Source: Candidatus Limnocylindrales bacterium (lineage in GTDB: Bacteria; Chloroflexota; Limnocylindria; Limnocylindrales; CSP1-4). Taken from it: 64,000 nucleotides of DNA. The DNA lies in NCBI GenBank assembly GCA_038250545.1, contig JBBSCF010000008.1, forward strand, positions 23,519-87,518, given 5' to 3'. Below, in pieces: positions 1-9,730 of the stretch. The notes beneath the pieces were generated by a model. That model worked only from the letters and a program-made list of their open reading frames with translations. It was not told the origin of the DNA and did no database searches. The first letter of the stretch is position 1; each line of letters starts with the position of its first letter. Position numbers and translations under genes: made by a program.

Positions 1-722
1 CCCGCGGCCTCGAGGTCGAGGGGGTGCGTCGAGGCCGGCCGCTTGGGCTCGAGGTTGAGCACGATCCCCACCGGGACTCCCGGGGCGGCCGCCCGGATCG
101 CCGGGACCGCGAGGCCATGGGCCACGAGGAGGTGGTGGGCCGCGGCGTTGGCGGCGGCAGGATCCGTGCGACCGGGTGCGTGCAGACCCTGCTCGTAGCC
201 GAGGTAGGCGGCGCACCAGGGCTCGTTGTGGGTGGCGATGGCCGCGGCGCGGTCCCCCAGGCGGCGAGCGACGACGTCCGCGTAGGCGGCGAAGGCCTCC
301 GCGGTCGAGCGGACCGTCCAGCCGCCCGCGTCCTCGAGCACCTGCGGCAGGTCCCAGTGGTAGAGCGTCACGTGCGGGGCGATCCCGCGGGCGCACAGCT
401 CGTCGACCAGCCGATCGTAGAAGTCGAGGCCCGCCTCGTTCACCCTGCCGATGCCGTCCGGGATCACGCGGGGCCAGGCCACAGAGAAGCGGTACGCATC
501 CAGGCCCAGCTCCGCCATCAGGGCGACGTCCTCGCGGTACCGGTGGTAGTGGTCGCACGCCTCGTCGCCGGTGTCGCCACCGGCCACCCGCCCGGGGGTA
601 TGCGCGAAGCGGTCCCAGATGCTCTCGCCGCGCCCGTCCTCGTGCACGGCACCCTCGATCTGGTAGGACGCCGTGGCCGCGCCCCATGCGAAGCTCGGCG
701 GAAACGAGACCATCCCGGCCAT
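1..722 (-). CDS. GH1 beta-glucosidase, N-terminal ~240 codons (3' end lies beyond the window start)
   Basis: Open-ended, so absent from the ORF track. My reverse-complement reading from ATG 722..720 gives [62 protein letters not shown], the canonical GH1 N-terminus. AGGAGG lies 5 nt upstream of the ATG. Listed + ORF 24..824 is its antisense shadow. Confidence 0.9.
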   Translation of the reverse strand, partial: MAGMVSFPPSFAWGAATASYQIEGAVHEDGRGESIWDRFAHTPGRVAGGDTGDEACDHYHRYREDVALMAELGLDAYRFSVAWPRVIPDGIGRVNEAGLDFYDRLVDELCARGIAPHVTLYHWDLPQVLEDAGGWTVRSTAEAFAAYADVVARRLGDRAAAIATHNEPWCAAYLGYEQGLHAPGRTDPAAANAAAHHLLVAHGLAVPAIRAAAPGVPVGIVLNLEPKRPASTHPLDLEAA

Positions 723-737
723 GACGGCCTCCTGTAC

Positions 738-751
738 TGGAAGCGCTCTCA
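738..751. promoter_or_regulatory. LacI/CebR-type operator candidate TGGAAGCGCTCTCA in the bgl leader
   Basis: 14-mer identical to 873..886. Half-sites TGGAAGCG/CGCT(C/T)(T/C)CA. Lies 15 nt upstream of the bgl ATG, next to its RBS. Confidence 0.6.
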
Positions 752-841
752 GGACTGTTGCGCCCATATCCTAGCGCAGCGCACCCGGGCCCTGGACCGG
801 ATCTTCGCGGCGTCGCTTCCATGAATCGGCACCTGGAGTGC

Positions 842-871
842 TTGACACGCGTGCGGGGGTGGACTTAGCGT
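842..871 (+). promoter_or_regulatory. Candidate sigma-70-type promoter for the GH94 gene (-35 TTGACA 842-847, 18-nt spacer, -10 TAGCGT 866-871)
   Basis: Perfect -35 hexamer and a TAnnnT -10. An operator copy starts 1 nt after the -10. Confidence 0.5.
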
Positions 872-872
872 T

Positions 873-886
873 TGGAAGCGCTCTCA
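873..886. promoter_or_regulatory. LacI/CebR-type operator candidate TGGAAGCGCTCTCA
   Basis: Identical to 738..751. Positioned at the predicted transcription start of the promoter at 842..871. Confidence 0.6.
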
Positions 887-1159
887 CCCACGGAACTCCG
901 ATCGCCGCGAAGTCGCGGGAGGTGTGTTGCCTGGCCTGGATCGTCGACGTGCGGGGACCCGGCCGGACCACGCCCGCCCTCTCTCGACCGGCGGGATGAC
1001 GAGCCGGCTAGCCGTCGCTCCCCGCCGGTGCGGCACCCCGCCACGAGCGGTACACCGAGCCGCGGACGACCACGGCCGCGCGGGCCGGTCGCCAATCCTC
1101 CCCGCGCGGCGGGCCGCCTCGCCCGGCGTGACCGTCACCAGCGTCCGGAAGTAGGGATC

Positions 1160-3640
1160 ATGCGTTACGGGCAGTTCGACGACGAGCACCGCGAATACGT
1201 CATCACGCGACCGGACACGCCGCTCCCATGGATCAACTACCTCGGCAGCGACGAGTACTTCGGCATCATCTCCAACACGGCCGGGGGCTACTCGTTCGTG
1301 CGCGACGCCCGCCTGCGCCGAATGACGCGCTACCGGTACAACAACGCCCCGCTCGATCTCGGTGGCCGCTACCTGTACCTCCGCGACGACGAGACCGGCG
1401 ATGCCTGGAGTCCCAGCTGGCAGCCGACCGGCGGCGACCTCGACGACTACACGTGCCGCCATGGCCTGGGCTACACGGTCATCGCCTCGCGGCGGGCCGG
1501 GATCGGGGTCGAGACGCGCTACTTCGTGCCGGCCGCGGAGACGCTCGAGGTGTGGCGGGCGCGGGTGACCAACGAACGGACGACCCCGGCGCGGGTGTCC
1601 CTGTTCGGAACCGTGGAGTTCTGCCTGTGGGACGCGCAGGACGACGCCACGAACTTCCAGCGCAACTACTCGATCGGCGCGGTCGAGGTCGAGGACGGCG
1701 TCATCTACCACACGACGGAGTACCGCGAGCGGCGGGACCACTTCGCGTACTTCGCCTGCTCGGAGCGGTCGGCCGGCTTCGACACGTCGCGTGACGCCTT
1801 CCTCGGGCCCTATCGCGGCTGGGACCGGCCGCTGGCCGTCGAGCGTGGGACCACGTCGGGCTCGATCGCCCACGGCTGGCAGCCGATCGGGGCCCACCAC
1901 GTCTCCCTCGAGCTGGCGCCGGGCGAGACCCGCGACATCCTGTTCGTCCTGGGCTACGCCGAGAACCCGGCCGACGCCAAGTTCGATCCGCCAGGCTCCG
2001 GCACGCTCGACAAGCGGCGCGTCCGCCCGGTCATCGCCCGCTACCTCGACCCGGGCGTGGCCGAGGCGGCCTTCGCGGCGCTCGGTGCGCGCTGGGCCGA
2101 CTGGCTGGGGGCGCTCCAGATCGAGACGGGCATCGCGGACCTCGACCGGATGATCAACACCTGGAACGCGTACCAGTGCATGGTCACGTTCAACCTGTCG
2201 CGATCCGCATCGCTGTTCGAGTCCGGGATCGGCCGCGGCATGGGCTTCCGCGACTCGACCCAGGACCTCCTCGGGTTCGTCCACATGGTCCCCGAGCGGG
2301 CCCGGGAGCGGATCCTGGACATCGCCGCCACGCAGCTCCCGACGGGCGGCGCCTACCACCAGTACCAGCCCCTGACCAAGCGGGGCAACGACGCCGTCGG
2401 GTCCGGGTTCAACGACGATCCGGCGTGGCTGGTGCTCGGCGTCGCGGCCTACGTCCGGGAGACGGGCGATCTCGCGATCCTCGAGGAGCCCGTTCCCTAC
2501 GACAACCTGCCCGGCAGCGAGCGGCCGCTGGCCGACCACCTGCGCCGCGCGATCGACTACACGCTCGAGCGGCTCGGCCCCCACGGGCTGCCCCTGATCG
2601 GCCGGGCGGACTGGAACGACTGCCTCAACCTCAACTGCTTCTCCGCCACCCCGGGCGAGTCGTTCCAGACGACCCAGAACCGCGAGGGCGGCGTGGCCGA
2701 GTCGGTGTTCATCGCCGGCCTGTTCGTGCTCGCGGCCGGGGAGCTGGCGTCGCTCGCCGATGCCCGGGACGACGGGGTCGAGGCGGCCCGGCTGCGCGCC
2801 GCGGCGACCGCGATGGTCGGGGCGGTCAATGCCCACGGATGGGACGGCGCCTGGTTCCGGCGCGCCTACGACTTCTTCGGCGAGCCGATCGGCTCCGCCG
2901 CCAACGACGAGGGCCAGATCTTCATCGAGCCCCAGGGCATGTGCGTCATGGCCGGCATCGGCCTCGATGACGGACGGGCGGCGACGGCCCTGGCGTCCGT
3001 CCGTGAGCGCCTCGCGACGGAGCACGGGATCGTCCTGGTCCAGCCCGCCTTCTCGGCCTACCAGCTTCGTCTGGGCGAGATCTCCTCGTACCCGCCGGGC
3101 TACAAGGAGAATGCCGGGATCTTCTGCCACACCAACCCGTGGGTCATGATCGCGGAGGTCCTGGCGGGCAACCCCGAGGGCGCCCTCGACTACTACCTGC
3201 GGATCAACCCGTCGGCCCGCGAGGCGATCTCGGATGTCCACCGCTGCGAGCCGTACGTCTATGCCCAGATGATCGCCGGCTGCGACGCCCCGACCCACGG
3301 CGAGGCCAAGAACTCGTGGCTCACGGGCACGGCCGCCTGGAACTATGTCGCGGCCACGCAGTGGCTGGTGGGGGTCCGGCCCGAGCTCGGCGGACTGCGG
3401 GTCGACCCGCGGCTGCCGGCCGCCTCCACGCCGGTCCGCGTGACGCGGCGGTTCCGCGGGGCGACGTACCGCATCACCGTGCACCCGGGCGTGGAATCCG
3501 GTGGCGGTCCGTCCCGCGTGGTCCGCCTCGTCGTCGACGGGGTTCCGATCGACGGCAGCCTGGCGCCGTTGCCTGCCCCCGGGGTCCACGAGATCGAGGT
3601 CCAGGCATACCTGGGAGCTCCCGCAGCCGGCCCCGGATGA
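1160..3640 (+). CDS. GH94 cellobiose phosphorylase
   Basis: In-frame ATG inside track ORF 872..3640. MRYGQFDDEHREYVITRPDTPLPWINYLG..., RYRYNNAPLD, GIGRGMGFRDSTQDLLGF, GRADWNDCLNLNCFS, YPPGYKENAGIFCH and NSWLTGTAAW are collinear with cellobiose phosphorylases as I remember them; ~826 aa. The 96 codons upstream are Arg/Pro-rich junk. Confidence 0.93.
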   Translation: MRYGQFDDEHREYVITRPDTPLPWINYLGSDEYFGIISNTAGGYSFVRDARLRRMTRYRYNNAPLDLGGRYLYLRDDETGDAWSPSWQPTGGDLDDYTCRHGLGYTVIASRRAGIGVETRYFVPAAETLEVWRARVTNERTTPARVSLFGTVEFCLWDAQDDATNFQRNYSIGAVEVEDGVIYHTTEYRERRDHFAYFACSERSAGFDTSRDAFLGPYRGWDRPLAVERGTTSGSIAHGWQPIGAHHVSLELAPGETRDILFVLGYAENPADAKFDPPGSGTLDKRRVRPVIARYLDPGVAEAAFAALGARWADWLGALQIETGIADLDRMINTWNAYQCMVTFNLSRSASLFESGIGRGMGFRDSTQDLLGFVHMVPERARERILDIAATQLPTGGAYHQYQPLTKRGNDAVGSGFNDDPAWLVLGVAAYVRETGDLAILEEPVPYDNLPGSERPLADHLRRAIDYTLERLGPHGLPLIGRADWNDCLNLNCFSATPGESFQTTQNREGGVAESVFIAGLFVLAAGELASLADARDDGVEAARLRAAATAMVGAVNAHGWDGAWFRRAYDFFGEPIGSAANDEGQIFIEPQGMCVMAGIGLDDGRAATALASVRERLATEHGIVLVQPAFSAYQLRLGEISSYPPGYKENAGIFCHTNPWVMIAEVLAGNPEGALDYYLRINPSAREAISDVHRCEPYVYAQMIAGCDAPTHGEAKNSWLTGTAAWNYVAATQWLVGVRPELGGLRVDPRLPAASTPVRVTRRFRGATYRITVHPGVESGGGPSRVVRLVVDGVPIDGSLAPLPAPGVHEIEVQAYLGAPAAGPG

Positions 3641-3765
3641 TCGCGAGCGGCTCCTCCCCGGCGCTACGCCACCTCGCCGCGCGGATCGGCGCCGGGACCC
3701 GCGGCGAGGTGGCCCCCGCCTGACGCCGGGCGGACTCCCGGGGCGGTCGCGGCCGTGTCCCGGCT

Positions 3766-3779
3766 TGGAAGCGATCTCA
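3766..3779. promoter_or_regulatory. LacI/CebR-type operator candidate TGGAAGCGATCTCA
   Basis: Variant of the same 14-mer, in the cbp-lacI intergenic region. Confidence 0.45.
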
Positions 3780-3825
3780 GCCGATCGGGTGGCGAAGTCA
3801 TTGCCCGATCGGGGCAGATTCCATC

Positions 3826-3855
3826 TTGACAGGGTTGCGGCAGGGGACCAAGATT
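3826..3855 (+). promoter_or_regulatory. Candidate promoter of the LacI-family gene (-35 TTGACA 3826-3831, 18-nt spacer, -10 AAGATT 3850-3855)
   Basis: Perfect -35 and a weak -10. Same -35/spacer/operator layout as 842..886. Confidence 0.45.
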
Positions 3856-3868
3856 GGAAGCGCTTCCA
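3855..3868. promoter_or_regulatory. Perfect palindromic operator TGGAAGCGCTTCCA
   Basis: 14-bp perfect inverted repeat 41 nt upstream of the regulator ATG, overlapping the predicted -10/start. Confidence 0.7.
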
Positions 3869-3908
3869 TTCCGGCGTCCATCGAACACCGCATCTGGGTT
3901 GCCCCTGA

Positions 3909-4913
3909 ATGGCCCGAACCATCGATGAACTCGCGGCACTGAGTGGTGTCTCCCGGGCGACGGTCTCCCGGGTGATCAACGGCGGCAGCGTGTCCGAGCG
4001 GACCCGCCGCAAGGTGCAGGCCGTCCTCGTCGAGACGAACTACCGCCCCAACCTCGCGGCGCGGTCGCTGGCGTCCGGGAAGAGCGGCGTCGTGGGCGTG
4101 GTCATGCACCTGGACCCCCACCTGCTGTTCACGGATCCGTATTTCGGCCAACTGATGCACGGCATGAGCAGCGCCCTCGCGGACGTGGCGACCGGGATGA
4201 TGCTCTGGCTCGGCAACCGGTCCAAGGAGGAGACGCTCGAGACGATCCTCTCGATGAGCCTCCTCGACGGCGTGATCGTGACGGCGCACAACCTCGATGA
4301 CCCGCTCGTGGATGGCCTGCTCGCGTCGAGCCTGCCCACGGTCCTCGTCGGGCATCGCAACGCCGACCGCAACGCCAGCTACGTCGATGTCGACAACGTC
4401 CACGCGGCCGACGGGATCACCTCGCACCTGCACGAGATCGGCCGACACCGGATCGGCCACATCACGGGCATGCGCCGCACGGTGCACGCCGAGGACCGCC
4501 TGGCCGGCTACCTGCGCGCGATGCACCGGGCGAAGCTGTCACCCGAGGTGGTGGACGGCGACTTCAATGCGCCGTCGGGCTTCGCCGGCGCCTCACGGCT
4601 GCTCGACCGCGGGGTGGACGCCATCTTCTGCGCCAACGACGCGACCGCCCAGGGCGCCCTCGAGGCGGTCCTGGCCCGCGGGCTGCGCGTCCCCGAGGAC
4701 GTCGCCCTGGCCGGGTTTGACGACCTCGAGTTCTCGGCCCACCTCGACCCGCCGCTGACCACCGTCCGCCAGGGCGTCCGTCAGCAGGGCGAGGAGGCCG
4801 TGCAGTGCCTGTGCCGGCTCATCCGGGACCAGGGCGCCGGACCGCAGCGGGTCCTGCTCCCGACGGAGCTCGTCATCCGGCAGTCGACCGTGGGAGGTGG
4901 AGTGCGGGCCTAG
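3909..4913 (+). CDS. LacI-family transcriptional repressor (CebR/CelR-like)
   Basis: N-terminal HTH MARTIDELAALSGVSRATVSRVINGG..., NYRPNLAARSL hinge and a periplasmic-binding-fold C-terminus. 334 aa. Confidence 0.92.
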   Translation: MARTIDELAALSGVSRATVSRVINGGSVSERTRRKVQAVLVETNYRPNLAARSLASGKSGVVGVVMHLDPHLLFTDPYFGQLMHGMSSALADVATGMMLWLGNRSKEETLETILSMSLLDGVIVTAHNLDDPLVDGLLASSLPTVLVGHRNADRNASYVDVDNVHAADGITSHLHEIGRHRIGHITGMRRTVHAEDRLAGYLRAMHRAKLSPEVVDGDFNAPSGFAGASRLLDRGVDAIFCANDATAQGALEAVLARGLRVPEDVALAGFDDLEFSAHLDPPLTTVRQGVRQQGEEAVQCLCRLIRDQGAGPQRVLLPTELVIRQSTVGGGVRA

Positions 4914-4978
4914 AGGGATCGATGAGACGTCGGCCGTCGTGGACGGCCGTTGGAGCGTAGAAGGAGGAGATACGGGAC

Positions 4979-6757
4979 ATGGCAAACAGCAAACGGCTGG
5001 TCAGCCTGCTCGCGGTCGCGGTCCTCACGGTGACCGCCTGCGGCAGCCCGAGCGCCACGACCGCGCCGGCAACCGCCGCGCCCGGTAGCGCGGCGCCGGC
5101 GACCGAAGTTCCGGCGGCCACGACGCCGCCCGCGACCGAGGCACCTGCCGCGGAGTCCTACCCGCGCAACGAGACCCTCTACACGACCGGCAAGCAGTGG
5201 GGCCCGCCGTCGACGTGGAACCCGCTCGACCCGAACTCCGCGATGGGCGTCGTCGGTCTCCAGTACGAGACCCTGTTCCTGTACGACCCGCTGGCCGACA
5301 AGTTCGATCCCTGGCTCGCCGAGAGCGCCAGCTGGACCGATGCCACGACCTACACCATCAAGACCCGTGCCGGCGTCACCTGGAGTGACGGCCAGCCGTT
5401 CTCGGCCGAGGACGTCGCGTTCACCATCGGGCTCGCGAAGATCAAGGCCGTTGGCTCCAACATCTGGGACTACGTCACCGACGCCACCGCGACCGACGCC
5501 AACACCGTCGTCGTGAAGTTCAACAACCCGGCCTATCAGGAGTGGGCGACCTGGACCTACAACAGCCCGATCCTCCCCAAGCACGTCTGGGAGGCCAAGG
5601 CCAACGAGGACATCCTCAAGGACACCAACGCCAACGGCATCGGCACCGGCCCGTACATGTACAAGACCGCCGCCGAGGACCGCATGGTCTGGGTCAAGAA
5701 CGACAGCTGGTGGGCGAAGGCCGCGCTCAACCTCGACGTCAAGCCGAAGTACATCGTCGACATCGTCAACGGCGCCAACAACGTCGCCCTCGGCCTGCTG
5801 ATGCAGGGCGGGATCGACCTGTCCAACAACTTCCTGCCGGGCGTCGCCACGCTCGTCGACAACGGCTACGTGACCACGTACTTCAAGGGCGCGCCGTACA
5901 TGCTGTCCGGCAACACGGCGTGGCTCGTCACCAACGACAAGAAGAAGCCGTTGGACGACCCGGCGTTCCGCAAGGCCATCGCCTTCGCGGTCGACGTTCC
6001 GACGATCGTCAACAAGGTGTACGGCAACATCGTCAAGGCCGCCGACCCCACGGGCCTCCTGCCGACCTGGGACAAGTACATCGACGCCGCCCAGTGCGAC
6101 GCGCTCGGCTTCAAATACGACCCGGCGAAGGCCGCCTCGATCCTGGACGCCGCCGGCTACAAGAAGGGCGGCGACGGGTTCTACACCGCCAAGGACGGCT
6201 CCGCGGTCAAGCTCACGATCATGGTCCCCACCGGCTGGTCCGACTGGGAGGCCGCTCGTGACGTCATCGTGTCCAGCCTCAAGGCCGCCGGCATCAACGC
6301 CGAGGCCCGGATCGTCGACTACAACGGCCTCGTCGATGCCCGCAACAGCGGCGACTTCGACCTGGTCGTGAACAACGAGGTCCAGATGTCCAACACGCCC
6401 TGGACCTACTACGACTACATGTTCCGGATGCCGCTCATCGAGGGCGCCGGCAAGAACCGCAACTACGGCAGCTACGAGAACCCCGACGCCTGGGCGCTCG
6501 TCCAGCAGCTCGACAAGACGCCGGTCGACGACGTCGCGGCGATGCAGGCGATCACGAGCAAGCTCCAGAAGATCTCCCTGACCGACATGCCGGTCATCCC
6601 GCTCTGGTACAACGGGCTCTGGTCGCAGGTCAGCAACGTCGTCTGGACCAACTGGCCGTCGGATGAGGGCACCCACATCCTGCCCGCGACCTGGAACGGG
6701 TACTGGCAGATGGGCGCCGTCAAGATGCTCACCGAGCTCAAGCCGGCCGGGCAGTAG
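4979..6757 (+). CDS. ABC transporter substrate-binding lipoprotein, family 5 (Opp/Dpp type), probable cello-oligosaccharide binder
   Basis: Lipobox LTVTAC, Ala/Pro/Thr linker, size and sequence typical of family-5 SBPs. GAAGGAGGAG RBS 10 nt upstream. Substrate inferred from context only. Confidence 0.85.
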   Translation: MANSKRLVSLLAVAVLTVTACGSPSATTAPATAAPGSAAPATEVPAATTPPATEAPAAESYPRNETLYTTGKQWGPPSTWNPLDPNSAMGVVGLQYETLFLYDPLADKFDPWLAESASWTDATTYTIKTRAGVTWSDGQPFSAEDVAFTIGLAKIKAVGSNIWDYVTDATATDANTVVVKFNNPAYQEWATWTYNSPILPKHVWEAKANEDILKDTNANGIGTGPYMYKTAAEDRMVWVKNDSWWAKAALNLDVKPKYIVDIVNGANNVALGLLMQGGIDLSNNFLPGVATLVDNGYVTTYFKGAPYMLSGNTAWLVTNDKKKPLDDPAFRKAIAFAVDVPTIVNKVYGNIVKAADPTGLLPTWDKYIDAAQCDALGFKYDPAKAASILDAAGYKKGGDGFYTAKDGSAVKLTIMVPTGWSDWEAARDVIVSSLKAAGINAEARIVDYNGLVDARNSGDFDLVVNNEVQMSNTPWTYYDYMFRMPLIEGAGKNRNYGSYENPDAWALVQQLDKTPVDDVAAMQAITSKLQKISLTDMPVIPLWYNGLWSQVSNVVWTNWPSDEGTHILPATWNGYWQMGAVKMLTELKPAGQ

Positions 6758-6834
6758 AGACCGCCTGACCACACGGTCCCTCCCGCCGCGTCGCGGCGGG
6801 AGGGACCGCCCCCAGCCCGACCGCCGGAGATCTC

Positions 6835-7827
6835 GTGCGACGGTATTTCGGCCGCAAGCTCCTGATCTATGCGCTGACGTTCTTCGTCGCCGCGACGATC
6901 GACTGGATGATCCCCCGCTTCATGCCGGGCGACCCCGTCCAGAGCATGCTCTCCCGGCGGCAGATCCCGCCGGAGGCGGTCCCGGACGTCATCGCCTACT
7001 ACAACCGGCTGTTCGGCCTCGACGTGCCGATCTGGCAGCAGTACCTCAACTTCTGGGGATCGCTGTTCCACGGTGATCTCGGCCGCAGCGTGTACCTCTC
7101 CGGCCGGCCGGTCGTGGACACGATCATGGCCGCCGTTCCCTACACGCTGGCGCTGCTCATCCCGGCCATCCTGCTGAGCTGGTGGGTGGGCAACTCGTTC
7201 GGCGCCATGGCCGCCCGCCGCAAGGTCCTCGACAACGCGATCCTGCCGATCGGGTACATCCTCACGGCAACCCCCTACATGTGGCTCGCGATCGTGATCG
7301 CCTGGGTCCTGGGCACCATCTTCCGGATCTTCCCGATCTCGGGCGGCTACGGCTACGCGCTCGAGCCCTCGCTGTCGATCGAGTTCGCCACCAGCCTGTT
7401 CTCGCACTGGGTCATGCCGTTCCTGTCGCTGTTCCTCGTCCAGCTGGGCGGGTGGGCGATCGGCATGCGCAACATGATCATCTACGAGCTCGACGCGGAC
7501 TATTCCCGGTACCTGGCCGCGCTCGGCGCGCCGTCCGGGCTCATCCGCCGGTATGCGTTTCGGAACGCGGTCCTGCCGCAGGTGACGGGCCTGGCCCTCC
7601 AGCTCGGCGTGGTCGTCGCCGGTGCCCTGGTCACGGAGATCGTGTTCTCGTACCCGGGCCTCGGGAAGCTGCTCCTCGCGGCGGTCCAGAACGAGGACTA
7701 CTTCCTGCTCCAGGGAATCTTCCTGTTCGTGATCGTCGGCGTCCTGGTCGCCAACTTCCTGGTCGACATCGCCTACGTGCTGCTCGATCCACGCACGCGC
7801 GTGGGCATGAGCGGGGGCACGGCATGA
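6835..7827 (+). CDS. ABC transporter permease (DppB/OppB-like)
   Basis: Six hydrophobic segments. Typical N-terminus MRRYFGRKLLIYALTFFVAATIDWMIPRFMPGDP. 330 aa. Confidence 0.9.
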   Translation: MRRYFGRKLLIYALTFFVAATIDWMIPRFMPGDPVQSMLSRRQIPPEAVPDVIAYYNRLFGLDVPIWQQYLNFWGSLFHGDLGRSVYLSGRPVVDTIMAAVPYTLALLIPAILLSWWVGNSFGAMAARRKVLDNAILPIGYILTATPYMWLAIVIAWVLGTIFRIFPISGGYGYALEPSLSIEFATSLFSHWVMPFLSLFLVQLGGWAIGMRNMIIYELDADYSRYLAALGAPSGLIRRYAFRNAVLPQVTGLALQLGVVVAGALVTEIVFSYPGLGKLLLAAVQNEDYFLLQGIFLFVIVGVLVANFLVDIAYVLLDPRTRVGMSGGTA

Positions 7828-8777
7828 CCACGTCGCGCACGCCCGCCTCGTCCGCGTCCGCTCCCGCACCCGTCGCTCCGGCCCCCGGGCCCGTGGGCAC
7901 CCCCGTGGCCAGGGCCGCCGGTGAGGGCGTCGGTCGCGGTCGGGAGATCCGCTACTTCGTCCTGCGCAGCCGCAAGGTCCTGATCTCGTCCGCCATCCTG
8001 CTCCTCTTCATCGCGCTGGCGGTCGTCGGGCCTCTCCTCCGGCCCGGCGACCCCAACGCCTTCACCGGGCCGATCGCCGAGGCACCCTCGGCCGAGTACT
8101 GGTTCGGCACGACGACCTTCGGCCAGGACGTGTTCGCGCAGTTCGTCAACGGCCTGGCCTCGACCTTCGTCATCGGCCTCGCCGGCGGCGGTCTGGCCGC
8201 GATCATCGGCGTGGTCATCGGCTTCGTGGCCGGCTACCGCGGCGGCTGGATCGACGAGATCCTCAGCGGCTTCACGAACGTGGTGCTGGTCATCCCGACG
8301 TTGGCCCTGCTGCTGGTCGTGACCGCCTTCCTCCAGGCGCGCGGCCTGCTGGTCGAGGCCGCCTTCATCGGGTTCACCTCGTGGCCGTGGGCCGCGCGCG
8401 CGATCCGGGCCCAGACGTTCTCGCTCAACGCGCGCGAGTTCGTCGACCTGGCGCGGATCACCGGGGTGCCGAGCCGGAAGGTGATCTTCAGCGAGATCGC
8501 CCCCAACATGAGCTCGTACCTGTTCATGACGTTCATCCTGATGTTCGGCGGCTCGATCCTCATCGCAGCGTCCCTGGACTTTATCGGCCTGGGGCCCACC
8601 GAGGGCGTGTCGCTCGGGCTGATGATGTACAACTCGGTCGCCTGGAGCGCGCTCCAGCTGGGGCTGTGGTGGTGGTTCCTGCCGCCGGGCATCGGCATCA
8701 CCGCGGTCGTCGGGGCGCTCTACGTGATGAACGTGGGCCTCGACGAGATCTTCAACCCCCGGCTGCGGGAGTCCTGA
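7824..8777 (+). CDS. ABC transporter permease (DppC/OppC-like)
   Basis: ATG at 7824 overlaps the upstream stop (ATGA). A low-complexity N-terminus is followed by a typical OppC core (FGTTTFGQDVFAQF..., WPWAARAIRAQTFSL). Confidence 0.85.
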   Translation: MTTSRTPASSASAPAPVAPAPGPVGTPVARAAGEGVGRGREIRYFVLRSRKVLISSAILLLFIALAVVGPLLRPGDPNAFTGPIAEAPSAEYWFGTTTFGQDVFAQFVNGLASTFVIGLAGGGLAAIIGVVIGFVAGYRGGWIDEILSGFTNVVLVIPTLALLLVVTAFLQARGLLVEAAFIGFTSWPWAARAIRAQTFSLNAREFVDLARITGVPSRKVIFSEIAPNMSSYLFMTFILMFGGSILIAASLDFIGLGPTEGVSLGLMMYNSVAWSALQLGLWWWFLPPGIGITAVVGALYVMNVGLDEIFNPRLRES

Positions 8778-8779
8778 TC

Positions 8780-9730
8780 GTGAGCCTCAAGGTCACGGAC
8801 CTCCGTGTCTACTACCGCACGCTCGCGGGTGACGTGAAGGCCCTCGACGGCGTGTCGTTCGAGCTCGCCGACGGCGAGATCATGGGCCTGGCCGGCGAGT
8901 CCGGCTGCGGCAAGTCCACCCTGGGCAACAGCCTGATCCGCATCGACGGCCGGATGCGCCATGTCGGCGGCACCGTCGAGCTGGACGGCGTCGAGCTGCC
9001 CATCGGCGACGACGACGCGATGAACGCCTTCCGGTTCAAGGAGGTGTCGATCATCCCGCAGTACGCGATGAGCGCCCTCAACCCGACCCGCAAGATCGGC
9101 CAGATGATCCGGGAGGTCGTGGAGTCGCGCGGGATCAGCTTCGGCGACATCCGTGAGGAGCTGGAGCGCCGGCTGGTGCTGGTGGGCCTCACCCCCGCCA
9201 TCCTGCGCATGTACCCGATCGAGCTCTCGGGCGGCATGAAGCAGCGGCTCGTGATGGTCATGTCCACCCTGCTCGACCCGGCGCTGCTGATCGCCGACGA
9301 GATCACCTCGGCGCTCGACGTCTCCAGCCAGCGCGCCGTCTCCCAGACCCTGGTCGAGTTCCGGGACCGCAAGTTCGTAACCAGCATGATCGTGGTCACC
9401 CACGACGTGTCGATCCTCTACCAGATCGCCGACACGCTCGCGATCATGTACGCCGGCAAGCTCGCCGAGAAGGCGTCGACCGACACGCTCATGGAGGCGC
9501 CGCTGCACCCGTACACGCGCCTGCTCGTCTCGTCGCTGCCCGAGATGGGGGTCCGGTTCGCGGACCAGCGGCTCACCGGCATCCCCGGCAGCCCGCCCTC
9601 GCTGCTCAACCCCCCGACCGGCTGCCGGTTCCGTGACCGGTGCCCCCTCGCGGACGCCCAGTGCGAGGAGGAGCCCCCCTTCGTCGAGATCGCCGCCGGG
9701 CACTCGGTGGCCTGCTGGAAGGTCACCTGA
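8780..9730 (+). CDS. ABC transporter ATP-binding protein (DppD/OppD-like)
   Basis: GTG 8780 lies 2 nt after the upstream stop. Walker A GESGCGKST, signature LSGGMKQR, Walker B LLIADE, C-terminal oligopeptide-type extension CRFRDRCP. Confidence 0.9.
   Translation: MSLKVTDLRVYYRTLAGDVKALDGVSFELADGEIMGLAGESGCGKSTLGNSLIRIDGRMRHVGGTVELDGVELPIGDDDAMNAFRFKEVSIIPQYAMSALNPTRKIGQMIREVVESRGISFGDIREELERRLVLVGLTPAILRMYPIELSGGMKQRLVMVMSTLLDPALLIADEITSALDVSSQRAVSQTLVEFRDRKFVTSMIVVTHDVSILYQIADTLAIMYAGKLAEKASTDTLMEAPLHPYTRLLVSSLPEMGVRFADQRLTGIPGSPPSLLNPPTGCRFRDRCPLADAQCEEEPPFVEIAAGHSVACWKVT

Noticed and set aside
872-1159. N-terminal 96-codon extension of the GH94 ORF. Similar upstream extensions exist for lhr (21618-22244), the kinase (28165-28500), the flavoprotein (30621-30752), gdh (49830-49979) and others.
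   Set aside because: The extensions are compositionally junk and in some cases overlap real divergent genes. Homology-like sequence begins at internal starts that have an RBS or a -10 box.
3781-3813. Repeated CCGATCGG palindromes (3781-3789 and 3804-3813), with a related CCCCGATCC-C-GGATCGGGG at 35837-35855.
   Set aside because: The two copies at 3781-3813 are short self-complementary GC-rich words expected by chance in this composition, so I do not claim them as a shared regulator site. The 35837-35855 palindrome is still noted as a possible orphaned operator in the cyanophycinase-stump finding.
884-4012. 1042-aa minus-strand ORF. Other very long ORFs of the same kind include 4910..6772(-), 9418..11664(-), 15192..18197(-), 18140..20173(-), 21299..23545(+), 23741..26881(+), 28316..30178(-), 41950..44334(-) and 55526..58663(-).
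   Set aside because: Their translations are Arg/Pro/Gly/Ala-rich low-complexity strings with no motifs. Each lies antisense to or out of frame with a gene that has clear family signatures. Stop-codon scarcity in very GC-rich DNA explains their length.
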